This document shows, piece by piece, positions 9,594 through 19,453 of a stretch of 64,000 nucleotides of DNA (the first letter of the stretch is position 1; each line of letters starts with the position of its first letter). The notes beneath the pieces are model-generated. The model did no database searches and had not been told where the DNA came from. It saw nothing but the letters and a program-made list of their open reading frames with translations. The stretch is from Thermoproteota archaeon (GTDB lineage: Archaea; Thermoproteota; EX4484-205; JAAOZP01), in assembly GCA_038861395.1 (NCBI GenBank), contig JAWCDE010000001.1:9144-73143 (forward strand), given 5' to 3'. Both the position numbers and the translations under genes were made by a program.

Positions 9594-10261
9594 GCTGGCT
9601 TTACGTACCTCGCTTTCTCCTCCGGACTAAGCTCCCTGCAGCCTTTTGAATCAACCACCATTACTTCGAAATCGTTACCGGTTGCAGTATCCCTTTGCAT
9701 CGCCGCCAGTATTGCTTTAATCGCTATGGGTATGGCTGACAAAGTGTCTATTGGAGTTTTAAGCTCCGCCTCCAAATAGCCGAGGGCAACCGGGGACCCT
9801 GACCCGGAGCCCGCGAAAACTTCTTTCGAAAACCCTCCGAGGGGGTCGAGCACGTAGAGGCTAGCGCCATCCTTATCGTAGCCTCCTATCATTAATTGTA
9901 TGTAGAGCGGCGCCATCCGCATGGAGGAGAGTATTATTGAAGCTATGTTTGCAGCAGCCTTAACGGGCATGTTGACGCCTCTCTCAAGCTTGTAAGTCCT
10001 AGCCTCCCATTGAAGCGCTGCTATGAGTGCTTGCGCGTCGGCAACCCCTCCGGAGATGGTTGCAGCTATGTAATCATCTATTTTAAGGATCTTCTTGCCT
10101 TTTTTATGAGCTATGAAATAGTAGCCTTGGACAACCCTAGTGTCGGAGGCGAATATAACGCCGTCTCTGCAGGATATTCCGACTGTAGTAGTCCCCCAAA
10201 CAGGGGAAACGCTTCCTGCTTTACCAAGCCTTTTAGTAATGTTCTCCAAATCTCTTAACAC
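9590..10261 (-). CDS. psmB: Proteasome beta subunit (catalytic)
   Basis: Propeptide then G-TTTVG, GSGSG, RDTATG. Confidence 0.95.
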   Translation of the reverse strand: MLRDLENITKRLGKAGSVSPVWGTTTVGISCRDGVIFASDTRVVQGYYFIAHKKGKKILKIDDYIAATISGGVADAQALIAALQWEARTYKLERGVNMPVKAAANIASIILSSMRMAPLYIQLMIGGYDKDGASLYVLDPLGGFSKEVFAGSGSGSPVALGYLEAELKTPIDTLSAIPIAIKAILAAMQRDTATGNDFEVMVVDSKGCRELSPEEKARYVKPA

Positions 10262-10332
10262 CTCTAGAACCTAAGACCGAATCCTTAGGGAAAGGCTTAA
10301 AGATAAACCTTTCCCTGAAAACTGTTAGACTG

Positions 10333-11400
10333 TTGAAAGATAAGAGTAGACATGTAATAAATCTCCCCCGGCGCATAATACTTGGGGACGGGGCTGTAGA
10401 CGAGCTTGGCTCGAGCATAAGGGAGACTGGTGCGAAGAAAGCAATTGTTCTAATGAGCAAAACCCCTTTAAAGATACTGGGTGATAGGGTAAGGAAGATA
10501 CTTTCTGGAAACGGCTTCACGTTTAAAATAGTGCTCGTCGGAAGCGGGGACTCTTTTTCAGAGGCTAAGAGGATTGAAAAACTGCTTTCTCTCCGCAGGG
10601 GGAGGGATAAGGCTGTTATAGTCAGTGTTGGAGGTGGGAGGGTCATAGACGCGGGCAAGATCGTCGCGTGGAGGAGTGGTTTAGAATTCATAAGCGTCCC
10701 CACGGTCCCGTCTCACGACGGGATTGCAAGCCCCTTGGCCTCAGCCCCCCGGGGGAAGAGAAGGTACTCTTTCTATACAATCATGCCCTCTGTGATAATA
10801 GGAGACGTGTCTACTCTCGCTGCTGCACCCGACAGGTACTTCGGCTCAGGCGTGGGCGACCTCGTTGCTAAGTATACTGCAGTAAGAGACTGGCGTCTAT
10901 CCCACTCGCTTAGGGGAGAGTATTACGGAGAGTACGCTGCAAGCCTCGCGGAAAGTATTGCAGATAGGATTATGAAATGCGCAGACATTATTGCAAGCGA
11001 CAAGTTTGAGGGGGCGAGCATACTCATCGAGGCACTCATACACTCCGGTGTCCTCATAGGGATAGCTGGAAGCAGCAGGCCTTGCAGCGGCTCCGAGCAT
11101 CTTTTCAGCCACGCGCTGGACCTCGTCGCGGGATACCCTGCTCTCCACGGAGAGCAAGTTGGTATTGGAACGATAATGATGAGCAAGCTTCACAACTGCG
11201 ACTGGGAAAGAGTGAGAGAAACGTTGTTAGCAGTTAAAGCCCCCGTTGCAGCTAAGGACATCAACGTCTCTGAGAAGAAGATAATCGAAGCACTGACCAT
11301 AGCGCATACGATAAGGCCTGAGAGGTACACTATTCTGGGCGACAAGGGTTTGACGAGGAAAGCGGCTGAAGAGCTTGCCAGAAGCACGATGGTAATATAA
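10333..11400 (+). CDS. egsA: sn-glycerol-1-phosphate dehydrogenase
   Basis: GGGRVID, PSHDGIASP, SRPCSGSEHLFSHALD, LHGEQVG. Confidence 0.95.
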   Translation: MKDKSRHVINLPRRIILGDGAVDELGSSIRETGAKKAIVLMSKTPLKILGDRVRKILSGNGFTFKIVLVGSGDSFSEAKRIEKLLSLRRGRDKAVIVSVGGGRVIDAGKIVAWRSGLEFISVPTVPSHDGIASPLASAPRGKRRYSFYTIMPSVIIGDVSTLAAAPDRYFGSGVGDLVAKYTAVRDWRLSHSLRGEYYGEYAASLAESIADRIMKCADIIASDKFEGASILIEALIHSGVLIGIAGSSRPCSGSEHLFSHALDLVAGYPALHGEQVGIGTIMMSKLHNCDWERVRETLLAVKAPVAAKDINVSEKKIIEALTIAHTIRPERYTILGDKGLTRKAAEELARSTMVI

Positions 11401-11407
11401 CTTGAAA

Positions 11408-11851
11408 ATGACGAAGTATGTCTACTTAAGCCGGGGGATCAAACCTGGGAAAGCCTTCACATACATGGGTGAAGCATACGAGTGTATGCAGTGCAGTAAC
11501 AGGAGGCGTTGCCACGGCGCGTTAAGCATAGGCTTCGTATACAGGATTGAGAGGACAACAGATGGAGAGGGTGTATACTGCATTCTTAGGGGTGACGAGG
11601 TAGTCCCCTACGAGGCTTCTCTCGAACCACTGTTCCTTCTCGCACCTTCTGGGAAGGCTAAAGAAGGGGCTTCGATGGAGCTTAAACTCGACGATGCCTT
11701 CTGCAAGACTGATTGCGAGAGAATAGAAGAGTGCCCCATCCTGTTTAACATTCTTGTTGCAGGCCATAGGGTTAAAGTTCTGGAGAAGCTCGGTAGCTTC
11801 GACTGCCCGGAGAGGAAACTGGTCTTGATTAGGGCTGAAATCCTTGATTAA
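11408..11851 (+). CDS. UPF0179 family Cys-rich protein
   Basis: CxxC...C pattern, typical location after egsA. Confidence 0.7.
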   Translation: MTKYVYLSRGIKPGKAFTYMGEAYECMQCSNRRRCHGALSIGFVYRIERTTDGEGVYCILRGDEVVPYEASLEPLFLLAPSGKAKEGASMELKLDDAFCKTDCERIEECPILFNILVAGHRVKVLEKLGSFDCPERKLVLIRAEILD

Positions 11852-11855
11852 AGCG

Positions 11856-12575
11856 TTAGGAAGCTGTCTTCTCCTCCGGGGTTTTCTCCACAGGCTCTCC
11901 GGGTGTTGTAAAAACGTCCATAAACCTTACAGTCTTAACCCCTTTAATAATGCTTGTAACATCTTCGAAAATAGCCTTCTTGATTTGTTGAATACCTTCT
12001 GAGAACAAAACCTTGTCCGGAAGCCTTATAGTAACGATATCCTCCTCTTTCTCTACGCTAACTTCTTCTACAGAAGCCTCTGGAAGGCGTCTGTTAACCA
12101 GATACTTTACCTTCTCAACATCATCCTCCAGAACCTTAACTATCTTAAACCTGTAGATAAGCGTCTTACCGGCTAGCGGCGGGTTGAAATCAACCTGAAC
12201 CCGTCCGCCACTAATGTTTCTCACGATTCCTATTCTTCCGTCTACCTCCACTAAAGCACCTGGGGCAAGCTCCTGGGGCCTTGAAAACCTTCTCGCAGCA
12301 TACGTCTTAACCTTATTAGGGTCTCTGAAGCCGTATGCTTTCTCCGGGGGTATTTCAACAGTCCTCTCAACACCTACCTCGCTCTTCAGCAATTCTTCCT
12401 CCCAGCTCTCCAGGACCCATTTCCCGCCTAGGTAAACCAGCTTGGGAGAATATTTCTCTCCCTCCTTGTATGTCGATGCCTTCTTCGCCTCCTCTTCTAT
12501 CGTCGTCTCTACGACGCTACCCGTCTCCTTCACTGTGAGCGTGTAGTCCACTAGTATGAGCGATCCGGTTTCCAT
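11856..12575 (-). CDS. slyD: Long-type FKBP peptidyl-prolyl isomerase
   Basis: IPPEKAYG, VDFNPPLAGKTL. Confidence 0.9.
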   Translation of the reverse strand: METGSLILVDYTLTVKETGSVVETTIEEEAKKASTYKEGEKYSPKLVYLGGKWVLESWEEELLKSEVGVERTVEIPPEKAYGFRDPNKVKTYAARRFSRPQELAPGALVEVDGRIGIVRNISGGRVQVDFNPPLAGKTLIYRFKIVKVLEDDVEKVKYLVNRRLPEASVEEVSVEKEEDIVTIRLPDKVLFSEGIQQIKKAIFEDVTSIIKGVKTVRFMDVFTTPGEPVEKTPEEKTAS

Positions 12576-12621
12576 TCTTTGGAGAGTGGCCTGCAGAACC
12601 GTTTATAAATACTCTCCCAGC

Positions 12622-13152
12622 TTAAAAAGCCTCGTCGGAAGACGCTAGAGCCCTTATCCTCTCGACACCTTGAATGCTCTTTATATATTCGAATACCTTC
12701 TTAGGAACCAGTGGGCTCCAGTCCTCGCCTGAGAGTATCCTCCTCCTTATTTCTATGCCAGAGTATTTCTCGCGCTCAAGGAATGGTATGGGTCTGACTT
12801 CGTAGCCGGCTTCGATGAAAAGCCTCTTGGTGAAGGGCTGGTTAGTATACACTATTCCGAAGGGTGGCGACATTGCTTCAACCATCTTGACCCATAGGAA
12901 ATGCATGGCTGGAACATCGGGGACGCCGGTTATGATGCACCTATTGCCCTCTATACCGGTTTCTTCGAAAGCGAAGCGTAGCATCTGAAGCCTCTCTCCG
13001 AATGTAAACGGATTATCCTTCTCATGGCTTGTCAGAGAACTTCCCACAGCTATGATAACACAGTCATGGTTTGAAAGAATGTGTTTTATAGCGTGCACGT
13101 GGCCATTATGAACAGGCTGGAAGCGGCCGATGTACAGGGGGTTCCTTCCCAT
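12622..13152 (-). CDS. nadM: Nicotinamide-nucleotide adenylyltransferase
   Basis: GRFQPVHNGH, NPFTFGER, SGIEIR. Confidence 0.93.
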   Translation of the reverse strand: MGRNPLYIGRFQPVHNGHVHAIKHILSNHDCVIIAVGSSLTSHEKDNPFTFGERLQMLRFAFEETGIEGNRCIITGVPDVPAMHFLWVKMVEAMSPPFGIVYTNQPFTKRLFIEAGYEVRPIPFLEREKYSGIEIRRRILSGEDWSPLVPKKVFEYIKSIQGVERIRALASSDEAF

Positions 13153-13205
13153 TCTCGACGCCCTTAGCTTGGCCAGGAGCATTGATAAACATTAGCTTGG
13201 TTCTA

Positions 13206-14279
13206 TTAACGCTTAAAACCTGCTCCACTAACCCTGTAGCCTCCGGGAGAGCCTACTTCACCGTACACTTCGAACCTAACGGGTAGGAAAAGCTCCACGA
13301 GTCGTATTGTCGTCAAAGTATGCAGCGTAACCTCGTGCGTTCTTAATTCTGAAACCCCGTCTGCAAGGGCTGCGTAGACTACAAGCTGGTCGGCCAGATT
13401 CCTGTCTGCAGGAGCCCTATGCTCAACCTGCCTAATGAACTCTGAAGCCGCCTCGCCACCGACCTTCTCAGAAGGCTTACCCCTCTCCCCCAGGGCGCTG
13501 GATGCGAAAACCGTGTCGTCTTCAAGCGTCCCAATTATCAGTATTCCACAACCGGGGTCTAGGGAAGCATTACGCTCCTCCCCGCTCAGAACCTCGTATT
13601 CTACCGTCGGCTCTACCTTAAGCCTGCTCCTTATCTGAGAAGAGGCTGAGCCAGCGATCCTCTCAGCCACGTGCCTCGGCAGCCTGGAGCTGTAGACGAA
13701 AATCTTAACGCTTTTTAAGCCTGGGAAGTCGGTGATGAGGAGGGGCTTGAGGCGTTCAACAGGCTTCGATTTAAACCGTACTATCCCCCCGCCCCTCGGG
13801 TAGAACCCCCTCCGCTCAACGCTTATGTCGACAAAGTATCCCATTCTCGAAAGATTCTTAGCCAAGACCTCTCTAACGTAGTCTATTGGCGGTGCCCTAG
13901 GGTTATCCGTACCCCCTTTGAGAACCAGCGTAACCTCTCTCTTGGAGAATGCTAGAACAGGCATCATCGCCTGAAGAACAAGCGATATACTTCCAGCAGT
14001 GCCCACGTCAAGCTCAATGTCTGAAGCCTTAACCTCGCCCGGGGAGAATAATATCTGACTGGAGCCAACACTCAGCCCTTCAACCCTAGCCCCGGTTAAG
14101 CTCGCCACAGCCTTCACAGCGGCGAGGTGCTGAGGCCTTAAGCCGGGGTTTGAACGCTTAGCCCTGATGTTAAACACTTTAACTGGTTTCTTCAAGAGTG
14201 CTGAAAGAGCCACTGCTGTCCTTAAGACCTGTCCACCACCCTCGCCCATGGAACCATCTATTTCAAGCGTTTCAACCAT
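13206..14279 (-). CDS. rtcA: RNA 3'-terminal phosphate cyclase
   Basis: DGSMGEGGGQVLR, GLRPQH, RGFYPRGGG, ADQL, TLHTLT. Confidence 0.95.
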   Translation of the reverse strand: MVETLEIDGSMGEGGGQVLRTAVALSALLKKPVKVFNIRAKRSNPGLRPQHLAAVKAVASLTGARVEGLSVGSSQILFSPGEVKASDIELDVGTAGSISLVLQAMMPVLAFSKREVTLVLKGGTDNPRAPPIDYVREVLAKNLSRMGYFVDISVERRGFYPRGGGIVRFKSKPVERLKPLLITDFPGLKSVKIFVYSSRLPRHVAERIAGSASSQIRSRLKVEPTVEYEVLSGEERNASLDPGCGILIIGTLEDDTVFASSALGERGKPSEKVGGEAASEFIRQVEHRAPADRNLADQLVVYAALADGVSELRTHEVTLHTLTTIRLVELFLPVRFEVYGEVGSPGGYRVSGAGFKR

Positions 14280-14358
14280 GCTGATACTCAGCATACACTC
14301 CGTCATAAAAGCTTATTTCCGACCCTGGTTATGTGGAGGCAAAGGTGATTTGCAGAAT

Positions 14359-14955
14359 ATGGGTGAGATAGTACCGGGTGCAACGGTCGTCGGATTAGTA
14401 TACGACAGCGGGGTCGTACTTGGGGCTGATAGAAGAGCGGCATACGGCACCTTCGTATTAGGGAAATCGGTTAAGAAGATTTTTCAAATAACCCCGCGGA
14501 TAGGCCTCGCCTCAGCCGGGTTGATCTCGGACGTTCAGACGATAGTGAGGGAGCTCAACTATCATGCTAGAATGTTCAAGTACAATACTTCTAGGGAGAT
14601 AACTGCGAAAGCACTTTCAAAACTATTGTCTAATATTCTCTTTGCGAACAGGCTCTTTCCCCTTATAACGCAGACGCTAATAGGCGGATTCACCTTCGAC
14701 ACCCACGGAATATATGTGCTGGACGCGCTGGGCTCAGTGATAGAGGACAAGTATGCTGCCGCGGGAAGTGGAACAGAGATAGCGCTTGGAATACTGGAAG
14801 CAGAGTACAGGGACGGTATGAACATAGTTGAAGCGAAGGAGCTTGCTTTGAAGGCGATAAGAACCGCCCTGCAGAGAGACTCGGCGAGTGGAAACGGCAT
14901 AGACCTGCTTATACTAGATAAAGCCGGCCCCATCGAGGAAAACTACCCGGATTAG
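14359..14955 (+). CDS. psmB: Second proteasome beta subunit, lacking Thr1 nucleophile
   Basis: PGATVVG in place of GTTTVG; ADRR, GSG, RDSASG. Confidence 0.9.
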   Translation: MGEIVPGATVVGLVYDSGVVLGADRRAAYGTFVLGKSVKKIFQITPRIGLASAGLISDVQTIVRELNYHARMFKYNTSREITAKALSKLLSNILFANRLFPLITQTLIGGFTFDTHGIYVLDALGSVIEDKYAAAGSGTEIALGILEAEYRDGMNIVEAKELALKAIRTALQRDSASGNGIDLLILDKAGPIEENYPD

Positions 14956-15014
14956 AAACACTGAGAGATTCCTCTGGGAGCTTAAAAACAGTTATAGAAC
15001 ACTATTAAAAGACA

Positions 15015-15341
15015 GTGAGCGTAATCCGCTCCGAAGACCTGAAAGACATTGCAAAACACTACGGCGAGCTGAGGCTTAAAACACTAAGTAGCCTCAGAAA
15101 GATAAACGACTATTCGATGATCCTTTTCAAAGCATTCCTGCAGTACGTTGAGAAGAGAAGGGGGGAAGGCCTAGAACTCCACGTCTTATTAGAGGAGTTT
15201 TTATCAGGCGAGCTGGCTCTAAACAAAGAGGAAGATAGGAATACGAGGCTCTCCCTAGCCAGAAGGTTCTGCAATCTTGCTAAGAAGCATGTTCGAAGCC
15301 CTGAGGAACAAGCCAGTATCCTGAAATACCTCGAATATTGA
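15015..15341 (+). CDS. Hypothetical helical protein
   Basis: 108-aa ORF, plausible composition, AT-rich promoter-like sequence upstream; no family recognised. Confidence 0.55.
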   Translation: MSVIRSEDLKDIAKHYGELRLKTLSSLRKINDYSMILFKAFLQYVEKRRGEGLELHVLLEEFLSGELALNKEEDRNTRLSLARRFCNLAKKHVRSPEEQASILKYLEY

Positions 15342-15488
15342 GATACGTATCGTTTCCTTGGAAAACTAGGCTGGAGTTAAGCACGCATATATAGAAAGAA
15401 GGATTATTCTCCAGCCGCGTGGACAATGGTCTCCAGCGAACAAGCATAATGCTTAGAGCAGTAAGCTTCACACTTCTAAAAATAAGAA

Positions 15489-15775
15489 TTATCCGAAGAA
15501 CTCTGTAACGAGCCTGCGGCAATCCTCTAGCGCTTTCTTCACCTTGGGGAAAGGCTCCTGGGCCACGTTTTCATACAGGAAGCGGCCTACTGCGTGAACC
15601 TTCAGATAGTCCAGCCCGATGCTATCAGCACTGCCTTCACCGCACACTCAACACACTCCTGAAGATATTTCAACGCTCCAGCGTAATCCCTCTCCATTAA
15701 ACACTCTGTTGCATTCCTGAACTCACGCTCCGCGCTTCTGATAACTTCCTTCGCCCTCTCTTCGCTGCTTGACAT
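15489..15775 (-). pseudogene. HEPN-domain gene, frameshifted and apparently internally deleted
   Basis: AEREFRNA...QECVECAVKAVL then frame change to GLDYLKVHAVGRFLYE; too short, no RY-type motif. Confidence 0.7.
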
Positions 15776-15780
15776 CTCGA

Positions 15781-16542
15781 CTACCCTGCCCCTATACTTA
15801 TCGACTCGCCGAAAACAGCATCCGGCTTTAAAACCCAGAAATAAGTTCCATCCGGGCACTCCACCCGCACGGTTCCCAGGGCGATGAGCGCTCTCCGCAG
15901 TTCCTCCATCAACCTCTGAAAGAACCCGTCCTTATCGTAGAGAACAGCCTTGTGAAAAATCATGTCAAGATATACCGGTTGAAACCTTGCAGCATACCCC
16001 CTACGGAACGACGCTGTAGTCACCTCCGGGTAATCGTAAAACCCGCGCATCTTAAACCAATAGTCGCAAGCCCTATACTCCCATGTTGATTTAAATTCTT
16101 TGAATATGCTTGCTTTACGCCTCCAAACCTCTTTAGAATCGTCCTCAACGATGTAGAGCAAGTCAACATCGCTTTCGCCGGGTTTAAAGGAGTCTTCACA
16201 GAGGAACTGTAAACGACGAGGGAAATCAGATCGCCACCAAACTCCTTCAAAAAAAGTCAGACGCTTCAGTGAAATCCTCAGCCACCCGTGCCTGATCCTG
16301 GCTAGCTCTTGACCGGCTGATTTCCAAGCCTCGACTGTCCCAAGCAGGTTGTCGAAATCCTTCTCCGTTATCCTATACTCCAACCCGGCCCTCCGTATTA
16401 GGCCTCCCGCACTCAACTCGTTCAGCCTCCTGGTCAGGGTCCTGCTGTTCCTCACAGCCTCATTCAGCTCCCTAAACCTAGCCCCACCAGTGGAGAGGCG
16501 ATGCAAAATGTCGACAGCCCCAGCCCTTGAAAGAATTTCCAA
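15781..16542 (-). pseudogene. HxlR-like wHTH fused to minimal nucleotidyltransferase, two compensating frameshifts
   Basis: ARFREL...RTLTRRLNEL HTH; LKEFGGDLISLVVYSS in another frame (about 16250-16195); ESDVDLL in main frame. Confidence 0.7.
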
Positions 16543-16748
16543 CTCTCTCGCTGTATCCGAGTAAAGTAAACTCCGTCGCCTAAATAAACGATAGGCTTTG
16601 GAAACAGCCTATAAAGCAGGCGCCCCCATCTTCTTCGCCCCGCTCAGCATGCATTAGAATCGAAACCAGCGCCACAGGAGGCATGAAAAACACTACTTAA
16701 AAAACAATAGGGGCGAAAAATAAAAGACGCCGTTAAAAAACCAGAGTG

Positions 16749-18074
16749 CTACTTAGCCTCAAACGGAACCTTTTCAGGAACCTCGGTCACGATGCCGGCG
16801 GCGATGGTCATCCCCATGTCCCTGATAGCAAACCTTCCAAGCTGCGGGAACTCTGAGTAAACCTCGATAGCAATCGGCCTCAAAGGCCTAAACTTAACGA
16901 TCGCAGCGTCACCGGTCTTCAGGAAATCAGGCTTCTCCTGAATAACCGCGCCAGTACGAGGGTCAATCTTCTTCTGAAGCTCCTCGAAAGTACAAGCAAC
17001 CTGCTCAGTATGTACGTGAAGCACAGGAGTGTAGCCGGCGGCGATAGCAGTCGGATGCCTGATAACGATAATCCTGCCTATGAAAGACTTCGCGACAGTC
17101 GGCGGGTTATCAGGATAACCCATAACCATGCCCCTCCTTAACTCCTGCTTGGAAACACCCTTAACAGCCATTCCAACGTTGTCACCAGGCTCAGCCTTCT
17201 CAAGCTGCGTGTGATGCATCTCAATAGTCTTCAACTCAACAATCTTATCCAGAGGCCTAATAACAACCCTAGTATTAGGCTTCAACACACCGGTCTCAAC
17301 CCTGCCAGCGGGAACAGTGCCAACACCCGGGATAGTGAAAACCTGCTGAAGCGGAATCCTCAAAGGCTTGTCAACAGGCCTAGGCGGAGGCTGAAACGCG
17401 TCAAGAGCCTCAATCAACGTGGGACCCTTGTACCAAGGCATCTTATCACTAGGCTTAACAAGATTATCACCAGTCCAGCCACTGATGGGGATAATAGGAA
17501 TCGGGTTCTTCTCAAGGTTGAAACCAATACGCCTCAGCAAATCCTCAACATTCTTCTTAACCTCGTTAAACCTATCCTGACTCCAGTTAACAGAAGGATC
17601 ATCCATCTTGTTAACACCGATGACGATCTGCCTAACGCCGAGAGTAAACAGCAGGAAAGCATGCTCAGTAGTCTGACCCTCAGGACTAGTGCCAGCCTCA
17701 AACTCACCCTTCTTAGCAGAAACAATCAGCAAAGCACTGTCAGCCTGACTAGCACCAGTAATCATATTCTTTACGAAATCACGATGGCCAGGAGCATCAA
17801 TAATAGTATAGTAATATTTCTTTGTTTCGAACTTTACGTATGCCGCGTCGATGGTTACGCCGCGCTCACGCTCCTCCTTCAGCTTGTCGAGAACCCACGC
17901 GAACTTGAAAGTATCGCCGAGACCAGTCTTAGCAGACTCCGCCTCCAGCTCCCTCATCTTCCTCTCGTCAACGTAGCCGGTCAAGTAGAGCAAGTGGCCA
18001 GTAGTAGTACTCTTCCCATGGTCAACATGACCGCAGACCACGAGATTCAAGTGTGGTTTGCTTGACGAACTCAT
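16749..18074 (-). CDS. tuf: Translation elongation factor EF-1alpha
   Basis: GHVDHGKST, ERERGVTID, DAPGHRDF, NKMD, GRFAIRDMG. Confidence 0.98.
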   Translation of the reverse strand: MSSSSKPHLNLVVCGHVDHGKSTTTGHLLYLTGYVDERKMRELEAESAKTGLGDTFKFAWVLDKLKEERERGVTIDAAYVKFETKKYYYTIIDAPGHRDFVKNMITGASQADSALLIVSAKKGEFEAGTSPEGQTTEHAFLLFTLGVRQIVIGVNKMDDPSVNWSQDRFNEVKKNVEDLLRRIGFNLEKNPIPIIPISGWTGDNLVKPSDKMPWYKGPTLIEALDAFQPPPRPVDKPLRIPLQQVFTIPGVGTVPAGRVETGVLKPNTRVVIRPLDKIVELKTIEMHHTQLEKAEPGDNVGMAVKGVSKQELRRGMVMGYPDNPPTVAKSFIGRIIVIRHPTAIAAGYTPVLHVHTEQVACTFEELQKKIDPRTGAVIQEKPDFLKTGDAAIVKFRPLRPIAIEVYSEFPQLGRFAIRDMGMTIAAGIVTEVPEKVPFEAK

Positions 18075-18165
18075 CTTTCTTTTTCCTCCTTGCTGTCCCA
18101 ATAGCTTCATAGAGGGATATTTAAGGTTTAAGGCGTTTGAAGGATGGAAAAAGCTTGTTAAAGGG

Positions 18166-18237
18166 GTGTCTTAAGCGACGCTGATTTCAGCTATTACGAA
18201 CAGGAGCTCAGGGATGCTTTAGGAGGAGACACGAGTT
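18166..18237 (+). repeat. 72 bp exact direct repeat, copy 1 (copy 2 at 19322-19393)
   Basis: GTGTCTTAAGCGACGCTG...GACACGAGTT identical at offset 1156. Confidence 0.95.
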
Positions 18238-18271
18238 GGCTAGTGATCTGACATGGACTTGAATAATCATT

Positions 18272-18862
18272 TTAATCCCATTTGCAACTAAGCCTCCATC
18301 CTCTTTCCTTTATGAGTTTTTCGGCCTCCTCCTTCGTAAGCACGACGGAAAAAACTGCTTGATCTCCATCCAGGAGCTTATAGTACTGATATCCTGTGTC
18401 CTCAATTAGACCGTTTATCTTACTCATTATGTGATTAATCTGAAGCAGGTCCGTGTAAAAATAAAAATCGATGGTATGCCTTTCTCCCTTGAATGTGAAG
18501 TGGATGTGTGCACCATGGCCAAGCCACTCCTCTCTTATATCCGTTGGTTGAAACACCCCCCTCGAGATCTCAGCAATTTCTTTGAAAATATTTGTGGCAA
18601 GACCTTCATACAGGCTCACCATCTCTATATCTCTTCCCCATATCCTCTTTTTATCATAAATCGCTGCAAGGACATCAACTTCATAAACGCTCATCCTCAT
18701 CCACCTTTCTTCTTCCTCTTTTGTTCCAAAGTACTTTAAAGAAATACTTTTCTCCTTCAATTTCTCGAAAATCTCCTCGGAAGAAAGGTTGGAGTATTCT
18801 TCGAAGAACCCTAGTTTTCTAAGGTATTCTATCGACTCTATGAAGCGCTCCCTCGCACCCAT
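18272..18862 (-). CDS. Uncharacterised protein, paralog 1 (candidate immunity protein)
   Basis: Intact 196-aa ORF; first 39 aa identical to 19454-20050; shared D.KR.W, ISRG.FQPT, TGY.YY, ERGW motifs. Confidence 0.75.
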   Translation of the reverse strand: MGARERFIESIEYLRKLGFFEEYSNLSSEEIFEKLKEKSISLKYFGTKEEEERWMRMSVYEVDVLAAIYDKKRIWGRDIEMVSLYEGLATNIFKEIAEISRGVFQPTDIREEWLGHGAHIHFTFKGERHTIDFYFYTDLLQINHIMSKINGLIEDTGYQYYKLLDGDQAVFSVVLTKEEAEKLIKERGWRLSCKWD

Positions 18863-18873
18863 CTATTTTAAGT
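18746..18873. repeat. 128 bp exact direct repeat, copy 1 (copy 2 at 19934-20061), followed by a 22 bp repeat (18880-18901 / 20065-20086)
   Basis: Identical 5' ends and upstream promoter regions of the two paralogs, offset 1188. Confidence 0.95.
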
Positions 18874-18903
18874 TAAGTAGTGTCATAAGGCTTTTAAGCA
18901 TAA

Positions 18904-19449
18904 CCAAAATACAGAGAAGGCCTTGCGAGGAAGAAGGTGAAGCTTGAGATCTGCGGGTACGTGCCTGAGCTACACTTCCCGAAGCACTTCTCGCTACCCT
19001 TCTTAGAGGGAGATGTTTTCTTAGACCTCGTCGAAGGAAGCCTGAAGGTAAGCGGCTTCAAGGTAGAGGGGTTCGAACTTGGGGAGACGGTTAAGCATTT
19101 TGCAAACAAGGTTAGACATGTCCAATACTTCTTTAAGATAGGTAGCGAGAAATATTTCTTAGACATTGTTCTGGAAAATGCTTTGGTTGAGTCGAAGTAC
19201 TGGCTGACTGGAAGAACCTATAGAGAGCACTTTAACGATTTAGTTGAGCAATTGAGAGAATATAAAAAGGCTGCGAAGCAGCTGGGGAAAGACAAGGTCT
19301 ACTTGGTCTTCGGGAAAAGGAGTGTCTTAAGCGACGCTGATTTCAGCTATTACGAACAGGAGCTCAGGGATGCTTTAGGAGGAGACACGAGTTAGCTAGT
19401 CATTTGCCACGGCTTCGATGAGTTTGATAAAGCATATGCAGAAGGTTAA
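18904..19449 (+). pseudogene. Orphan C-terminal fragment of putative PD-(D/E)XK nuclease with premature TAG
   Basis: YFLDIVLENALVESKYW (D...ExK); frame cut at 5' end by the repeat; TAG at 19393 where the other copy has TGG; frame continues LVICHGFDEFDKAYAEG to TAA 19449. Confidence 0.55.
19322..19393 (+). repeat. 72 bp exact direct repeat, copy 2
   Basis: Identical to 18166-18237. Confidence 0.95.
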
Positions 19450-19453
19450 AACA

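Noticed and set aside
14167..14358. N-terminal extension of the second proteasome beta ORF
   Set aside because: Overlaps rtcA on the opposite strand; GGTGA SD-like motif supports a start near 14359
17211..18065. 284-aa + strand ORF
   Set aside because: Antisense shadow of EF-1alpha caused by its codon bias
19393..19395. Pyrrolysine or selenocysteine readthrough of the in-frame TAG (and TGA at 18249)
   Set aside because: Each stop is one base from the sense codon in the other copy and the fragments lack starts; nonsense decay is simpler
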